Shown here in pieces: positions 26,101 to 39,400 of a stretch of 64,000 bases of DNA. The stretch is taken from positions 3,224,001-3,288,000 of the forward strand of contig JAYWIR010000004.1 in NCBI GenBank assembly GCA_036172245.1. Direction: 5' to 3'. Position 1 is the first letter of the stretch, and every line of letters starts with the position of its first letter. The position numbers and the translations under genes were made by a program. Under the pieces are notes generated by a model that was not told where the DNA came from, did not search any database, and was given only the letters and a program-made list of their open reading frames with translations. This DNA is from Raillietiella orientalis. Its lineage: Eukaryota.

Positions 26101-26690
26101 GCCATTCATTTTTCAACATGTTTTTTTTTTTTTTTTTTTTTAAACACGTCGAACACGCGGATCCGTGCCCGTCTGTGAGCCGCACAGATCACCATGCGGA
26201 ACACGGAAACGTCATCAAGAGTGGCGGAGTAAAAAAAAAAAAGTGCTCCCAGGCACGACCTAACCACGAAAGGGAGCATGCACCACACATGCAGGCAGGA
26301 AGGCAGGCCCACGTGTTGGGCTTCCCTCCCGCGCAATCGAGAGCCATAAAGCGGGATATCAGTTCCGTGTCTGTTGCAGCATTGTATCTCGTTTGTTTGT
26401 TTACGTTTTTGTTTCCCCTTTTGAAAACTCCCTTTACAAACATCAAACGACCCGATCCTGTGAGGCGAAAGCGATTCAGCACACTTCCGGAAAGTCATCC
26501 TGCCGATCCGCACTCTGACGGTGGATCCAGAACAGCCTGAGACGGAATCCATTTTCCTCAACAACTAATCCAAAAAGATTAAGTGACACCAGCAGTAAAA
26601 AAGAAAAAGTCCAACATGCACCTTCGTGCGAGGGTTTAAAACTGGCATGGGATGGATATGAAATTCGATCTTTACGTCAAAACACACACA

Positions 26691-26733
<43 letters not shown>

Positions 26734-29700
26734 GGATGCGGACACACAAAAGAGGGAACAAGAAAGGTGTGCCATGACTGAAACGGAAACATTTTTTCAA
26801 CGTATGAATGGAAGAGTTGTGGAAAAAGAAGGAAGAGAAATGCTGGATGCTGAATATCTTTGGATGCCGTGTTCAGCATGATAACTAAAGGAGAGGGATA
26901 TTCCCTTCGCCTATCCTGTTCACCCTGCTGCGGGATGCAATCGCGGCAGCTTGTACAACACGAAGTTTTTCCTACTCTCCGATAAAAACAGAACGTGAAA
27001 GCAGAAGAGGCTAAGAATACAAATGGTTGACAAGCGGATGGAAGCAAGTAATGCTTCCTTATCAAACTGCCTAGGGTAGCTGGTGATACCAAGAGTTTAC
27101 GTGAGGACTCCTGGATAGTCGACCAAAATACTGATGCTGTGGCCTGGAAGACCGTCAGCTCATTTAACGCCTTCTCTGCATTCCTTTTCAGTGTGCTCGC
27201 AATAATTTAATCGGTCAGTTCTGTTTCTTGCATGATCAAACCAAGGTCAAGCATCCAACCATCTCGTGCTCACATTCTAGAGCTACTGAACCGTTTAAAT
27301 AGCTGATAATTGGCATCACTACATTACGTGCGTAACGCTTTGCATGATCTCTCGACGCTCATACAAAGAAACAAGCTGTGAAGATCACAGCGTGTTTCTT
27401 TTTTTCACCAACTGTTGCCAACCTTCGTGAAGCTTGGATGGAAAGGCTCTATAGTAAATAAACAGCTAGAAGAATCTATTTTGAAAGCAAATTTATTCAA
27501 GCGTGCAGTTCTCGAAATCTGAGAGTTTCTTCCAGCCCATATGACTGCTATTTATATACTGAATGTTTAGATGAAGCTCGTGTTAAACTCGAATTATTCT
27601 TTTCAAGAGGAAAAAAAATAAATAAAAAATGAAAATAAAGCTCACAAGCAAACGCGATGTTTTCAGGTATGTGAAAGTATTTTTGGCACGAGAGGCAGAT
27701 GAGATACCGGCAAAATATCCATTAATGAAACTGTTATCATCGAGCATCCGAAACCGTCAGGCATTAGAAGAGTCGCGCGGAGACAACTAGATTATGGTTC
27801 CGTTGTTATCAGCGTTAGACGTTGCTACCGGCGCCAGACGCATGAATCGAAACACGCACTGTCGCCCCAGCAAAGTATCCACAGAGAGCAGATTCTGCTT
27901 CAGTGCCATTCATCCCTTATCGAACGCTTATGAGTTTCCCTGAGAAGGAGTTTGCAGCACCCTTCCCAGATTTTCTGCACGAAGCGGCGCGAACGCCTTT
28001 CTGATAAACGCAAGGCTGCTCGCCTGGTGCGATGGCTGGAGCACCCGGAGAGCAATGCCGGAGGACGCCCTCGATCCTTCCGACCAGGAGAACGAGGAGC
28101 GTTCCGGGCAGTTGCGGGAAGCGCAACCAGAATGCTTCTCCCGCGTTCTCTACGACCTGGAACACATCTAAAACCGCTTGAGCTGGTCTGGCGTTCGGGA
28201 GGGACCTCGGCCGCGGATACCCCCTCCCTAGCTACCCTCAGCGAGTGCGCCTGCCGGCCTGCCAGCTACCGTGGGGGCACCGCAGCGTTCGGGGGAAATT
28301 CCTTTGGGATACTCACTTCGAACAACGTTGGCAAACCAAGCAAGAAAAACCCCAGGCAAGCGACGAGCGCTAGACAGGACTTGTACGACCGAGCGCGCGG
28401 GTGCTTGTCCTTGATCGCGCTGAGGATCGACTCCACCATGCCAAACTGCAAGTCGAAGACCTCGGTCATCGTAGAGCAGCTCTGGTCAACAGCCTACCTG
28501 AGAGCTGAGCCCTAGGGTGAACAGCATGCAGAAGAACAAGGTTGCCCAGAGCTGGGGTACTGGAAGATGACTCAATGCTTCAGGATAGGTTACGAAAGCC
28601 AGTCCCTGACCTATCCACGGGAGAGCAGGGGGGAGAGAGAGAGAGAAAAAAAAAACAAGTGTTAGAGTCTTGCTGCTTGGGGGCATGGGTTGCCTCACCT
28701 TCTCGGGCAACTTTATCTATAGGGATATTGTACACTACAGACCAATTTCCCAAAACACTAAATATCACAACGCCGGCTAAGAGCGATGTGAGAAAATCCA
28801 TCACACTTACTATCATGGCGTCCACATGCACTTTGTTGTGAAAGTCATTATACGAGCCGAAATTAATCAAACTACCCCAAGATATCCCAAGGGAAAAGAA
28901 CACTTGCTCTAGTGCTTTGCGCCACACTTGGGGATTGTAAAGTTTTTTCCACTCGGGAATGAAAAGGTATTTCACTCCTTCTATGGCTCCTTCCAGAGTC
29001 AAGCCTTTGACGAACAAGATGAACAGGATGACGTAAGGGAAGGTGGACGTGAAGTAGACTGCCTGGAGATGCGAAAAGGATGGGGGAGGGAGGGAGGGAG
29101 GTTGAGCAAGCCCCCTTGGCAACCTTCGAGTACGAACCTTCCCGGAGGATTTGATGCCTTTGAAGAGACCCATGAAGAGGATTAACCACGACAGCAAGCT
29201 GCAAAGGATGAGGAAGGAGCGAGGCGAGCCGATGTCCCCGAAGGTGGTCAGGCCTTCTATCTGCAGGCTCAGAACGTACTTCCTGGAATCGAGATAACCA
29301 AGAAGAGAGGGAAGAGGAGGATGAGGAGGAGGGAGAGGAGGAGGTCACGGGGCGAGGGAGCGGCCCGCGGTCACTTACTCCCAGAACTGCTCGCTGGACG
29401 ACTGAAACCGGACCGCGGTGCAGTTCGCGTTCCCGGAGCCGCTGCCATCCTCGCAGCCGCCCTTCACCTCGCTCATGTTCCGGGTTCTCACGTAGCAGGT
29501 GGCGTTGCTCGCGCCCCACCAATCTTCGCAAGTGCTCCAAGGCACGGGAGTCTGCCACGAACAAAACAGATAGAAAAGAGTGTACGCCATCAGAGTATTG
29601 TAGTACACAACAACAACGGAGGTCGACACCAGCATGGACATTCCTATTCCTGGAATGGGATACGCTAGCAGCAGGGGTGCCAGAGGCGAGCTACGCGATT

Positions 29701-31778
29701 TCTAGAAAGCCGAACGGGTCCTTCCCCTCCCCTTCATCCTTTTCCTCCTCGCGGCGGGAAGAGGACTTCGGACGCACCTCGGAACAAGGGAGCCATGTCC
29801 CACACTTTGACCGGTCCCCTCTGGGAGAACTGTCCCAAGGACACTTCCAGCAAGTACAGGGGTTTCCCGATTAGGAACACGAAGATGACGTAGGGCAGCA
29901 TGAAGGCACCTGGAACGAGAGAGATTTGCGTTTTCCCTCTCCCCTGCTGATGCAGTCGGGGGAGAACCTTTCCTTATCCCGTCCGAGGGGAAGGGGAGGA
30001 GGCACCGAGGAACTGGCCTTTGCTGGTTTCCCGGGGAACGGTTCCCTGGGCTTGGGACCGAGGCGATCCCGGTGGGGACCTCCGGCGGGGACGTTTCGCT
30101 TCTCCCCCCCCCCCATCTCGCCGAGAAAGGGGTTTCGGGAGATGCCCGGAGGGACCACACCTCGCTGCCTTTCTTCTTCCCATTTTCTCGCTTGATGCGT
30201 GCCTCCCATCTCAGGGGAACTGGGAGAGAGAGAGTGAGGATAAACCCCACTTCCCTCTTAAGCTTTCTTCGGGGGGAGGAAAAGAATCTCGAGGTTAGAT
30301 TTTCTCCTCCCAGGCAACGAACGCGTGAATACTGCTGTCAGGTAGCGGGTGGCGAAGAGGGCGCGAGGCGAGGTGCCTGGAACCTCGGGGACCTCAGAAG
30401 ACGAAGACGAACGATTCGACCGGAGGGCGTCGCAAGGAAAGGGATAGCGGCGAGGAATTTTCCGAGAGAGCTCTTGAGAAGAGTGAAAGGGGAGGAGGTG
30501 GAGGAGTGCAGCCCTCTCCCAGTCGTTCCCGACGACCTCCCTCCTGCGCAGGGCTCGGTCGAAGGAGCCGATGCGGGAACGAATGCCAGAGATGCCCCCA
30601 CCTCAGAGACCCCAGAAGGAGGCGCTGGAGGTCACAGCCCTAATCCCTGACTCCCTACTTTGTGGAGGAGCCTCCAGGTCCGTGTCACTCCTTCCCGCCC
30701 TCCGTCGCCGTCCGTCGTCGCCACATCCGCCCTTTCCCAAACTGGAGGTCAGGCGGATGCGACTGAGGGAAGCAGCGGCGGCAGGGAGCAGCCTCTGAGA
30801 GCCGAACCCTGAATGGAAGGAACCATCTAAGGCCCGCACGGTCGAGGAGGAAGAGCACGAGCGCATCCATGCTTCATCCTCATCCTCCCTCAGGGAGGAA
30901 TGGGTAGAGAACGCCACGCATACTCCCTGAGGCGCCGCTGCATGCAGACCGAGGCGGGTCAGGGGATCGCTGGGAAAGTGGGCATGCAACATCATCTTTC
31001 TCCTCTTCCCTGGTCACTCGATCTTCCCTGACCCTCCAGGGAAGAGCGTCCGTTCGCTTCCGTCTCTCTGCCGTCCCGGAATTAATCCTGGAAGGGATGG
31101 TGGAAGGGACTGCGAGGCGAGACAGAGAGGCAGCAGCAGCAGGGTCCGGCAGGGGTTTTGCCGCCTGGAAGCCAGTGGGGGACGAAGAAGTGGGGCCGCT
31201 CGACGGATTCTCGCGCGCCTGGGATCCCCACCTGGAGACGTTCCGTCTCCGCGTTCGACGGGGGTGCCCGCAGCGCTGGGACCTCGGAGCATGGACCTGC
31301 CCTCCACCCTCCCTCCCTTCTCCATCCCCCATCCAACCGGGCAAGTGAGAAATTGAGCGAGAGAGTCGGAGCCGGCAGCAGCCGGATGGCAGCGGTCGCC
31401 TGAGCGACCGCCGCCTCTTCCTGAGCTCAGTGCCCCACCCCTTGCAGCGGCAAGCCGAGGCGCGAGGCGCCTCAGCGCCAATCGAGCGCGGAGCCAGCAT
31501 GATGGCGGACTCGCTCTGGGAACGGGAAGGGAACTCCCCCTCGCATCCCCGGAGGAGACCCAAGCGTTTCCCTACCTCCGCGCCGCAAGAGCGCGACACA
31601 TACCTCCTCCGTTCTGGTAGGCAAGGTACGGGAACCTCCATATGTTTCCCAGGCCGACGGAGTACCCGATGCAGGAGAGGAGGAACTCCCACTTGGACCC
31701 CCAGTGGCCGCGGTGCTTATCCGGCTTCCCTTCTTTCTCGTCCTTCGGCGAGACAACGTGGTGGTTGGCTTCGTTCAT
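23131..31778 (-). CDS. SLC6 sodium/chloride-dependent symporter (SNF family; amino-acid/glycine/proline or nutrient amino acid transporter-like), ~601 aa, 10 coding exons
   Basis: Exons 31778-31604, 29909-29778, 29649-29379, 29282-29138, 29062-28699, 28610-28498, 28445-28317, 26051-25851, 25806-25645, 23244-23131 (1806 nt, phases consistent). Motifs: [78 protein letters not shown]-terminal PKDDWGP...YDN. The N-terminus could extend via an upstream exon. Confidence 0.93.
26682..26732. repeat. Compound (CA)n(GA)n microsatellite in an SLC6 intron
   Basis: Directly visible CA run followed by a GA run. Confidence 0.95.
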
Positions 31779-33188
31779 CGTCTTCTCCGGTGATGCGAGG
31801 AGCCAGGAAAAAGACTCTTGGGAGCATGTAACGGCTCAATTCCGTCCCCTCGGCGTCCTGGAACGGCCGTGCGTCAAAGTCTTTCCCCCCTTCGTGGGCA
31901 AAGTGAAGGGGGGAGAGGAGCAGACCGACGGATCGCGGGAAGGACTCGTCCGGACGCCGGTAGGGGCTTCCGACCAAGCGCTTCGCGTATAAAGGGTCCC
32001 TCAGGGGCGCTCTCCTTCCCAAGATGGCGGCACTCTCGAAGCAACAGGTCCAGACCCATTGCGCTCTCGGCCTCTCCATTCTTCCGAAGGAAAAGGGACA
32101 GCTGTGCCCGAGATGCCTCCCCGATGTCTTTCTCATGCCGAGGCAGTACGCCTGAGGGATCAAGAGGAGGCGGACCCGCAGGTCCCCCTCCTCCTGACCC
32201 TCAGGAGCTGCCCGTCACCCTCAGGATACGTTCGTTCTCTTGGAAGAGTTCCCGAAGCGGATCGGGAATTCGCACCATCCTCTGGGAACCTCAGAGTCTG
32301 TACGGGAAGACGACAGTGGGGATGGGGACAGATATGCGTCTGCTGAAACGGCGACCCACCGCTCGTGCAACGTTCCCGCGCCACCCCTCTCGAGAAGGTA
32401 TTTCCTCCGTCCTTCCTCCCTCCCCCCGACCAGAGTTGAGTTCTTTCGGGAGAACCCTCCTCTGCAAAGGAGAGCGCAGGAAAGGCCGAATCCATGTGGT
32501 GACTCGCAGGGTCGCGGAGAACGATCTCGCAGGACAACCAAATGAACCTCTTCCCCATCGGCAGGAAAACTGGAGCCTAGCTCGCGCGCGCGTTTCTCCT
32601 TCCGTTTGGCGGTTAGGGGAAGGGAGGAGGTGGCAGGATCACCCAGTGGCCCCATTTCGTGGACTCCTTCTCCTCCCTTTCAAATCAGGTTCTTTCCTTG
32701 CACCTGGATGCCCCTCTCCCCTGCCTGCAGGGTCCCGGCAGGGCCGCGGACCCTGCCGGTTTCGACCCAGGTGGCCATCCTTCCCCTTGTGCACGGGAAA
32801 GTTCCTGGATAGCTGAGATGGCCGGTACGCGGGGAGCGCGCAGCACGGAAGGGTCACGCCCTCTCCCTTTCCAGGACGACCCGGGGCGCATCCCCCAAGC
32901 CGCGTGCGTGAGACTCCGCTCCTTCCAGAGTGCGCAAGCCGAGCGCTCTCGGATCCCGATGGAGGAGAGGGTGTGTGCGCTAGCTTCCGTCCCTTCCCTC
33001 CCTCGTGAGACCGAAGTCCGGTGCCTTCCCATCCCCCGAGCGCGTTCTTCTTCGAAGGGACCGAGGCGGCAAAGTAGGTAAAGTAGCAACGGTAAAGGGC
33101 AGTAAAGTAGTAGCGGCGGCAGGGGCGGGGAGAGACTGCCGCAGCCGCAGCCGCTGCACTCGCTCGCTCGCGCGCGCGCGCCACCTAC

Positions 33189-33365
33189 CTCTGCGTCTTC
33201 TCGGCACAGCCGCTGCTGTCTGCTACCACGTGCGTGAGACTCCGCTGCGCGAACCGGCGGCGACTCGGAAGCGCGCGCCTCTGCTCCTCGTAGGGCGCGC
33301 TCGTGCCAGGTGAAGGCTCCCAGCAGCCACTTCCCGCCAGCCACGCGGTCCAACCAATATAAAGG
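33189..33365 (-). promoter_or_regulatory. Putative promoter / non-coding first exon of the SLC6 gene
   Basis: Strong minus-strand donor AG|GTAGGT at 33189/33188, a CACGTG E-box at ~33226, and a CCAAT/TATA-like AT patch at ~33354-33363 inside CpG-rich DNA ~1.4 kb upstream of the ATG. Confidence 0.3.
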
Positions 33366-35299
33366 CGGAGATATGTTGCAACTCGGAGAACCGGGACGGG
33401 CGGCAAAGAGGCAGAAAGAAGAGAGGAAGAGAGGGGGGAGCGCTCTCCGCCGCCGCCGCCGTGCTCATCGTCCTCATCCGCACCGTCGGGACACGTCGCT
33501 GTCATCGCCTCGGCATCAATGTCAGCAGAAGCTTTCTCTCTCCCGCTCTCTCTCAAGAGAGAGAAAGAGAGAGTGGTCCGAGACATTCGGGGGGGGGGAG
33601 GGGGGGAGCTGCAGCTGCCCACCCGCTTCGAGCGCCCGCGCTCACTTGCTTCTCCCTTGCACGACCCGTTCTGTTTCTCCCCACCCGGTGAGCAGGGAAC
33701 CGCGACGGAATCGTGCAGCGAGCGTGTAGGAGAGGAAAGAAGTGGCGGGGGGGTGGAGGAAGAGGAGGAGGAAGCAGGCGGAAACGTCCGGAGTCCCCCT
33801 CCTCCTGCCGCCAGTGCGCGTGAGTCCGCGCGCTTGCCGCTGGCACGCGGACGCACCCGTCGCGGAGGCGGAAGGGGGGGGGGGGGATTTCCCGACGCGT
33901 CACCTCTGGCCGCGTGCAAGCGCTCTGCGGCAGCTCGGGCAGCCGGAGGCGGATGAGAGGAGCGACACAGTAGGACCCCCCGGGAAGGGAACAGGAAGAG
34001 CGCGGGACAGGAAGGAGGGAGGAGAGGAAAGGGAAATCTCCTCCCTCCCTTCCCCCTCCCTCCCGTTACTGGGGCGGTCCCTGGGGCCGAAAATCGCTCG
34101 ACCTGCGCAAAAAGGAACGGCTGCCATCTTCCCGAAAGGAGGATCGGGGTTTTCCTCATCCTTTCATCAGTGAGCGCGCGAATGAGGGCAAGCATTCGCG
34201 TCCGCTTGCTGCCCCCCACCCCTTCCCTGCCAGACGCCGTCTGCGCGGTTCGAGCAGGCGATCATACCGTCGATCCCTGTCGGAGAAAATCGGCGCTGGG
34301 AGGCATCCTGGAGCTCCCGAGAAGGCAGTCGACCCTCCCTGAAAAGATTTCAGCGGGACCCCTCCGCTTCGGGCTCTCCGAGACCCTGGAACGTGCGTGC
34401 TTCTGGCTTCTGACTCGACCGCGGGATCCTCCCCAGCTTGGAAGTCAGCTCACCGGTCGGACGCCTTCTCCTTGACTCCGGGGCACCTGCGGGTCGGCTC
34501 GAAGCCTCGAGACTCGCTACCCTGCATTCCCTCCCCTTCCCCTTCCACCTGCACCCGTGCCCTCCATCACCTATAGCGGTCCTCTGCAAGGGTCCCGGCG
34601 GACAGGTGGTTCTTCCATTTGCGCATCCGCCCGCAGCGGGGAAGACTCGAAGGCACCTGAGGCGGCGGCGGCGGAGGAGGAGAAGGAAAAGGCGGGAAGG
34701 TCGTAATCTCCTCTTCTTCGAACCGCACCACTCGGGTTTTGCCCCGCGATACTCGCGCACTCTGGCGCGCGAGGCGGGCGGGTCCGGGTCCCTTCGAGGC
34801 CGGGCCGGCACCCTGGCCCTGCTTCAAAGTCGGGGGAGGGGCGCTCCCCTACGTGGACGCGTGGCGGCACTGCACCTGTTCCGGAGGCGGCCGACGGTGG
34901 TGATCCTGGAAGGGAAGAGAAAGGAGACGCGCGCGGATGCGAATAGGTCGGGTCGGGTCCGAGTCTCACGCACTCCACGACTGGCGATTCGGGAAGGAAT
35001 CGGAGTGAGGAACGCGCTTTCCTGGAGGCAGTGAGGGACTCTGGAAAGAGGAAAGCGGGAAGGAAACCGAGCCAGGTGGCCCCTAGCTCGCTCTCGTCAG
35101 GAGGCAGAGTCTCTCGGGATGCTGAGCGGGTGGGTGGTCGTGCCGTCGACGCGCGTGCACGCGCGAGACGACGTCAGTTGGAGCAACCGTGCCGTTCGCC
35201 TGCGCTGAGCTGCGCAAAAGCGCGGCGTCGGCTCTCGGCCAACCGCCCCTCCTAGGGCTACAGGAGCAAACGCGCACTGAGTTGTGGACCCCGGGTAAG

Positions 35300-35950
35300 G
35301 GGGGAGGGATGGTGATTCCTTGATGGCCCGGGAGAGGCGCCGGCAAGCTCTTCCCAACGGGCGCTGGGAGAGGGCGTCAGCTGTGAGCTCTCGCGTCCCG
35401 GAGCACCGTCGTCGCCGCAACGGCAGGCGCGCGTTCCGCAGTCGCAGAAGAAGGGCGACCTGAGGGTGTTCTCGCTGACCAGGACGCGGCTATGCGAGGC
35501 CGACCTTCCCACTGACCCGGCCGCTATGAGCACCAGCCGTCGGCGGTAGCTCTGCCGTCGAAGTCACCCGCCGCCAGAGCGAGGCGCGTCTCTGGCGCAG
35601 AGCCATCGCTCCAGAGATTCCAGGAAGGAAAGGTAAAGCAGCGAGCTCCTCAGGAGGAATTTCGACACTTATCCCGTTCTTATCCTTCGAGTTTTTGTCT
35701 CTCCGAGAGCGTGGACTCGCAGGAACTCCCGTAAGGGGAAGGGAGGACAGAGGAAGCGATCCCTCAAGAAGGGCCGCTGCCATGCCAGGATGGCAGCACG
35801 GGAAGGGGGGCAGGCGGGCAGACCGTTTCTCCAGGAAGGCGCCGAGAGAGAAGCAAGAGTGGATGAGCTGCCACGGAGTCCCGTAGATTCCTCCCGGATG
35901 AGGAGCTCCGGGAAAGCTCCAGACGAGGCGGTGGACGGGAGAGACCTACG
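35300..35950 (-). mobile_element. Possible decayed Penelope-like element (RT thumb / linker / GIY-YIG region)
   Basis: Collinear minus-strand fragments: RNGLP (~35820; NGYP-like), LPFLPGISGAMA (~35620; LPYxxGxS-like), PFFCDCG (~35445; IPCxCG-like). Spread over different frames. Confidence 0.3.
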
Positions 35951-35956
35951 CGATCA

Positions 35957-36017
35957 GCAAAAACGGAACGTGGGACGAGCCAGCCCCCACTCGGCTTGCC
36001 CCACGTTCCGTTTTTGC
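35957..36017. repeat. Hairpin with perfect 18-bp inverted arms
   Basis: GCAAAAACGGAACGTGGG (35957-35974) and CCCACGTTCCGTTTTTGC (36000-36017) are exact reverse complements; inner CGAGCC/GGCTTG extends the stem. Confidence 0.9.
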
Positions 36018-37199
36018 GGACGCTACTCGGTATGTGTAGCCAAGGGCAACGTTGGCGGAGCATCCCGCTGGCTGCATGACCGACCGATGACCGCACACGT
36101 GGGTGCACCGGGAAGCAAGTAGGCTCTCTTTTTCTTCTCAGTTTCCGCTTGTCGCTGCGATCCACGTGGGGACGGAAGGTGGCGACGCAGACGAGCGCAC
36201 TCTTCCTCCTCCTCCCTCCTCGACTTCGCCCCGCGGTGGACAGGCAGTCTGCGAGTCGTTAGGCCAAAGACTCCCCGCAGGTCTCGCAGGGAACGTCACC
36301 GCGAATGGGTGGGTGGGGTGGGGAGGAGCTGACCGCAGGGGAGGAAGAAAAAAGAAAAACTAAAGCCGAGCAGAAAATGAGGGTGGACGCGGTCCACACT
36401 CTGCACCCAGTCCCCCCCCCTGCCGCCTTCTTCCCCCGCGCCGGGGATGAAAAAAATCTTGCGCCGCTGCCACAGAACAGGGATGAACTGACCCTCATCC
36501 CCGAAAATCACCCAAGCAATTTACTTGTCCGTCTGTCGGCGCGAAGCAGCGTCCCTCTTGCTCTGCCCACAGTACTCTCAACCCGCTCCTCCCCGGTCAA
36601 GGTTTGTTTACATTTCGCGCTTCCCGTTCTCCAAAGTCCCGACGGAGGAGGGGGGATTTCGCCGGAGGCCGCACGCCTCTCCAAAGCCTCTGCCACCGCC
36701 GCCGCGCGTCGTGCGACCCTCCTGGCTTCCCTTCCATTCCCGAATGCACTCGCTAGGAGGGTGAGGGGGAAGGTTCGCATCTCTTGGAGGAGGAGGAGGA
36801 GGACGCTTCGATTCTCTCGTGGTGGTTCTCGTCCAGCCCGTGCGCGCTCGCGCGCCCGAGGGCTTCCTCAAGGTGCGCCCCCGTTCCAGCCTCGGGAGAA
36901 ACCGCTTTTGCTTTCCAGCTCTGGGCAAGGCTCGGGCGCTCCGCCGCCGCCCTGCTGTAATCCATTCCCGAACGGGCGCTGAGCTCCGGGAACGCACCTC
37001 GCGCGGCGGCCGCGGAGCCTTCTAGCGGAGTCGACGCTGCACGCGCGCTCGTCAGGCGTCCGGCACCGAGAGTGGAGGCTGCTGTCCCCTCGAGTTCGTC
37101 CGGAAGCTCGCGCGCGTAGTCCCACGGGATGCCCCTCCTTCCCAGGAACCGCGAACGGGAAACCAGGATCGAAACTTCGCGGGAAGCGACTTTCAAGGG

Positions 37200-39400
37200 G
37201 AGGAAAATTTTTCCACAGGGAGCAGCTGGGCCACCATTGCCACAGCCAGAGAGCCGGAAGACCGGTCCACTTCCCTGGGAGACGCATCTCCCCCAACGAC
37301 CACCCAGCAGCAAAGATCAGAGGCTGTGAGAACTGATCCCTGCGCGGGATGCGAGTGGCGTAGCCGAATCAGGAGCGCACCCGTTCACACTGCTCTCTGC
37401 AGGACGTCCCATACCGCTTGCCATCGCGCGCCGCTATCTTCTTGGCTGCTTTGTCCTAGCGGGATGCTCGCAGACGGACCAATCGAGCGCGAAGAAAGTG
37501 CTTGTTCTCCCGGTATCGTCCGGGAAAAGCCAGTCTCTCGGCAGGAAGGGGGTTGGTTCACATCCCGAGGTCTTTTCAACCCTTTCTTCGCATTTGCGTG
37601 GTCCGATTCTTTTCCCGCTTCCTTCCCTCACACATCCGCTCTCCCCAACTTCATCTGCCATCGCAGTTTCCTGGCTGTCACCGCGGGAAACCTCACCACC
37701 CACAGGGACGTGCCGACCTTGTGGCGCAGTTTGGTGTGTTCCACGCCACGCATGCGCATCTTTTCAAGATCCAGAAAGATTCGTGGTAAAAAAGGAAAAA
37801 AAAGGAGAAAGTAGAAATAGGGGTGAAGCATGGTGAGGGTTTGAGGGTCCGATGACCTGGAATCGGTTGTCTGTTGATTTTCTCCTGCTCTGTCGCTTCC
37901 CTGGACGGAGGCCTTACGGTGCCACCAGGCGCGCTTCATCTGCTTCGTCATCCACTCTGTGGGATTCCTCGGGGAAGGAGGCTTTGTACTGCTTACCATC
38001 AACGGTACTGCACATTGGTGCAGCAGGTGGACCTCCTTTTCAGGCAGTGGGCTCGATCCAGTTGACGTGCCGTCGGACGACGGAGATGCTGTTCGCTTTC
38101 CCACCGTCAGTAATCTTCTCAAACAGATGCAGGCGTGGAAGTCGAGAGCGGAGGAGAGGAGAGTCCCCCATTCTTCTCCGAACCGAGGCAAGCGGTCCGA
38201 AGGCAGAGGGAGAGGGCGAAGAGGAGCTCCCAGCTTTCCGGAAAGGGAGAAAGAGACAACAGAGATATCAGCTGACGTGAGGGTGGGACCTCATCCCAGC
38301 TTGGAAGGAGCTCCGGAGGAAACTACAGCGACCACGGATCAGAGATGAGTAAGATTGGACCAAAAGGGAGAGAAAAGAGACAGTTCGTGAAAACAAATCA
38401 GGCGGAGGCGCGGAGGTGTCCCGAGAGCGGTTCGTAAACGCTCGAGTGATCGGAGCGGAAGATCACTGCAAAATAAGTATTGATAAGGAACTGCTGATGG
38501 AAAGAATGGACCTGAAATCATAAGCTGTTATCTCTCCCCTCCCATCTATCTCGCTCGGCCGCCGCCACACAAACTGCCCTCTCAGATCGCCTCTTTGCAA
38601 TCCTCCAATAGTTTGAATGACCGATTAATTATGCCTCGCATCCCTCACGTAACCGCTGATCAGAAAACAACGAGGATCGGGGAAACTCGGAACGCCTTTT
38701 GCGAGTTCCGGAAAGTCTTCCGACAAAGGCTGAGGAAGGGTAGGGGCGTAGTGGGGAAGGAAAGGGAGGGGACCGACTGAAGGGTGGGGGAGTGTCTTTG
38801 CTCTCCTGCTTCTTTCCCCTCCTTTTCGCTCCTCTTCCCTCTCAGACATCTCGAAGGTGAACGCATGCACTCCGTGAGGTTTTCCCGAATCCCGCTGTCG
38901 TGGTCCTTGGCAGAGAGCTTTTCGATGGGAGCGCACTCGACTTCCGCATCTGCGCGAAAAGAAAACAAACAAACAAACATGAATCCGGCAAAGCGGACAA
39001 GGCGAGACCAGGGTCGTAAAAGAAAGCGGGAAGTCCCAGGCAATTTCCCGAGAGACTTCGCGTCGTCCTCCTCAGGCGACTGCGTCGCTCAGCTGTTGGT
39101 GGTGGCAGCTCTCAGCTCTCCTGGAGGCTCAGCTCGTTTCCATGGCTGGGGACAAAGAGCTGGAGAAATAAGAACAGGCGTGGGTTTGCAGGCAGGTTAC
39201 ATCAACGCAAACTAGAGCAAAACTTGGAGGGCAGACGGAAGATGGATGCATCGTTCCAAAACGAGGAAAGGGGTGTGGTTCGTGAGTGTGGATGCCTGCT
39301 GTCCACGCCAACCACGATTCCCGGAAGTGGATCGAGATCGAACAACAGGATCGAGTGCCTTCAAAGACATCCAAAGCAAAGTCGAAGGTACATGCATCTG
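37200..39400 (-). mobile_element. Decayed CR1/L2-like LINE ORF2 relic
   Basis: Collinear minus-strand motifs: FRESWL (~39315; endonuclease ESWL), LSAKDHDSGI (~38900; SDH-like), VPL..PTEWMTKQMKR (~37970; PWxT linker), VSQGSGP (~37275; RT GVPQGS-like). Many frameshifts. Confidence 0.45.

Noticed and set aside
34145..34172. Hammerhead-ribozyme-like CTGATGA...GAAA on the minus strand near the Penelope-like relic
   Set aside because: The intervening AAGGATGAG cannot form stem II and I saw no flanking stems; other CTGANGA hits I checked lacked a properly placed GAAA.
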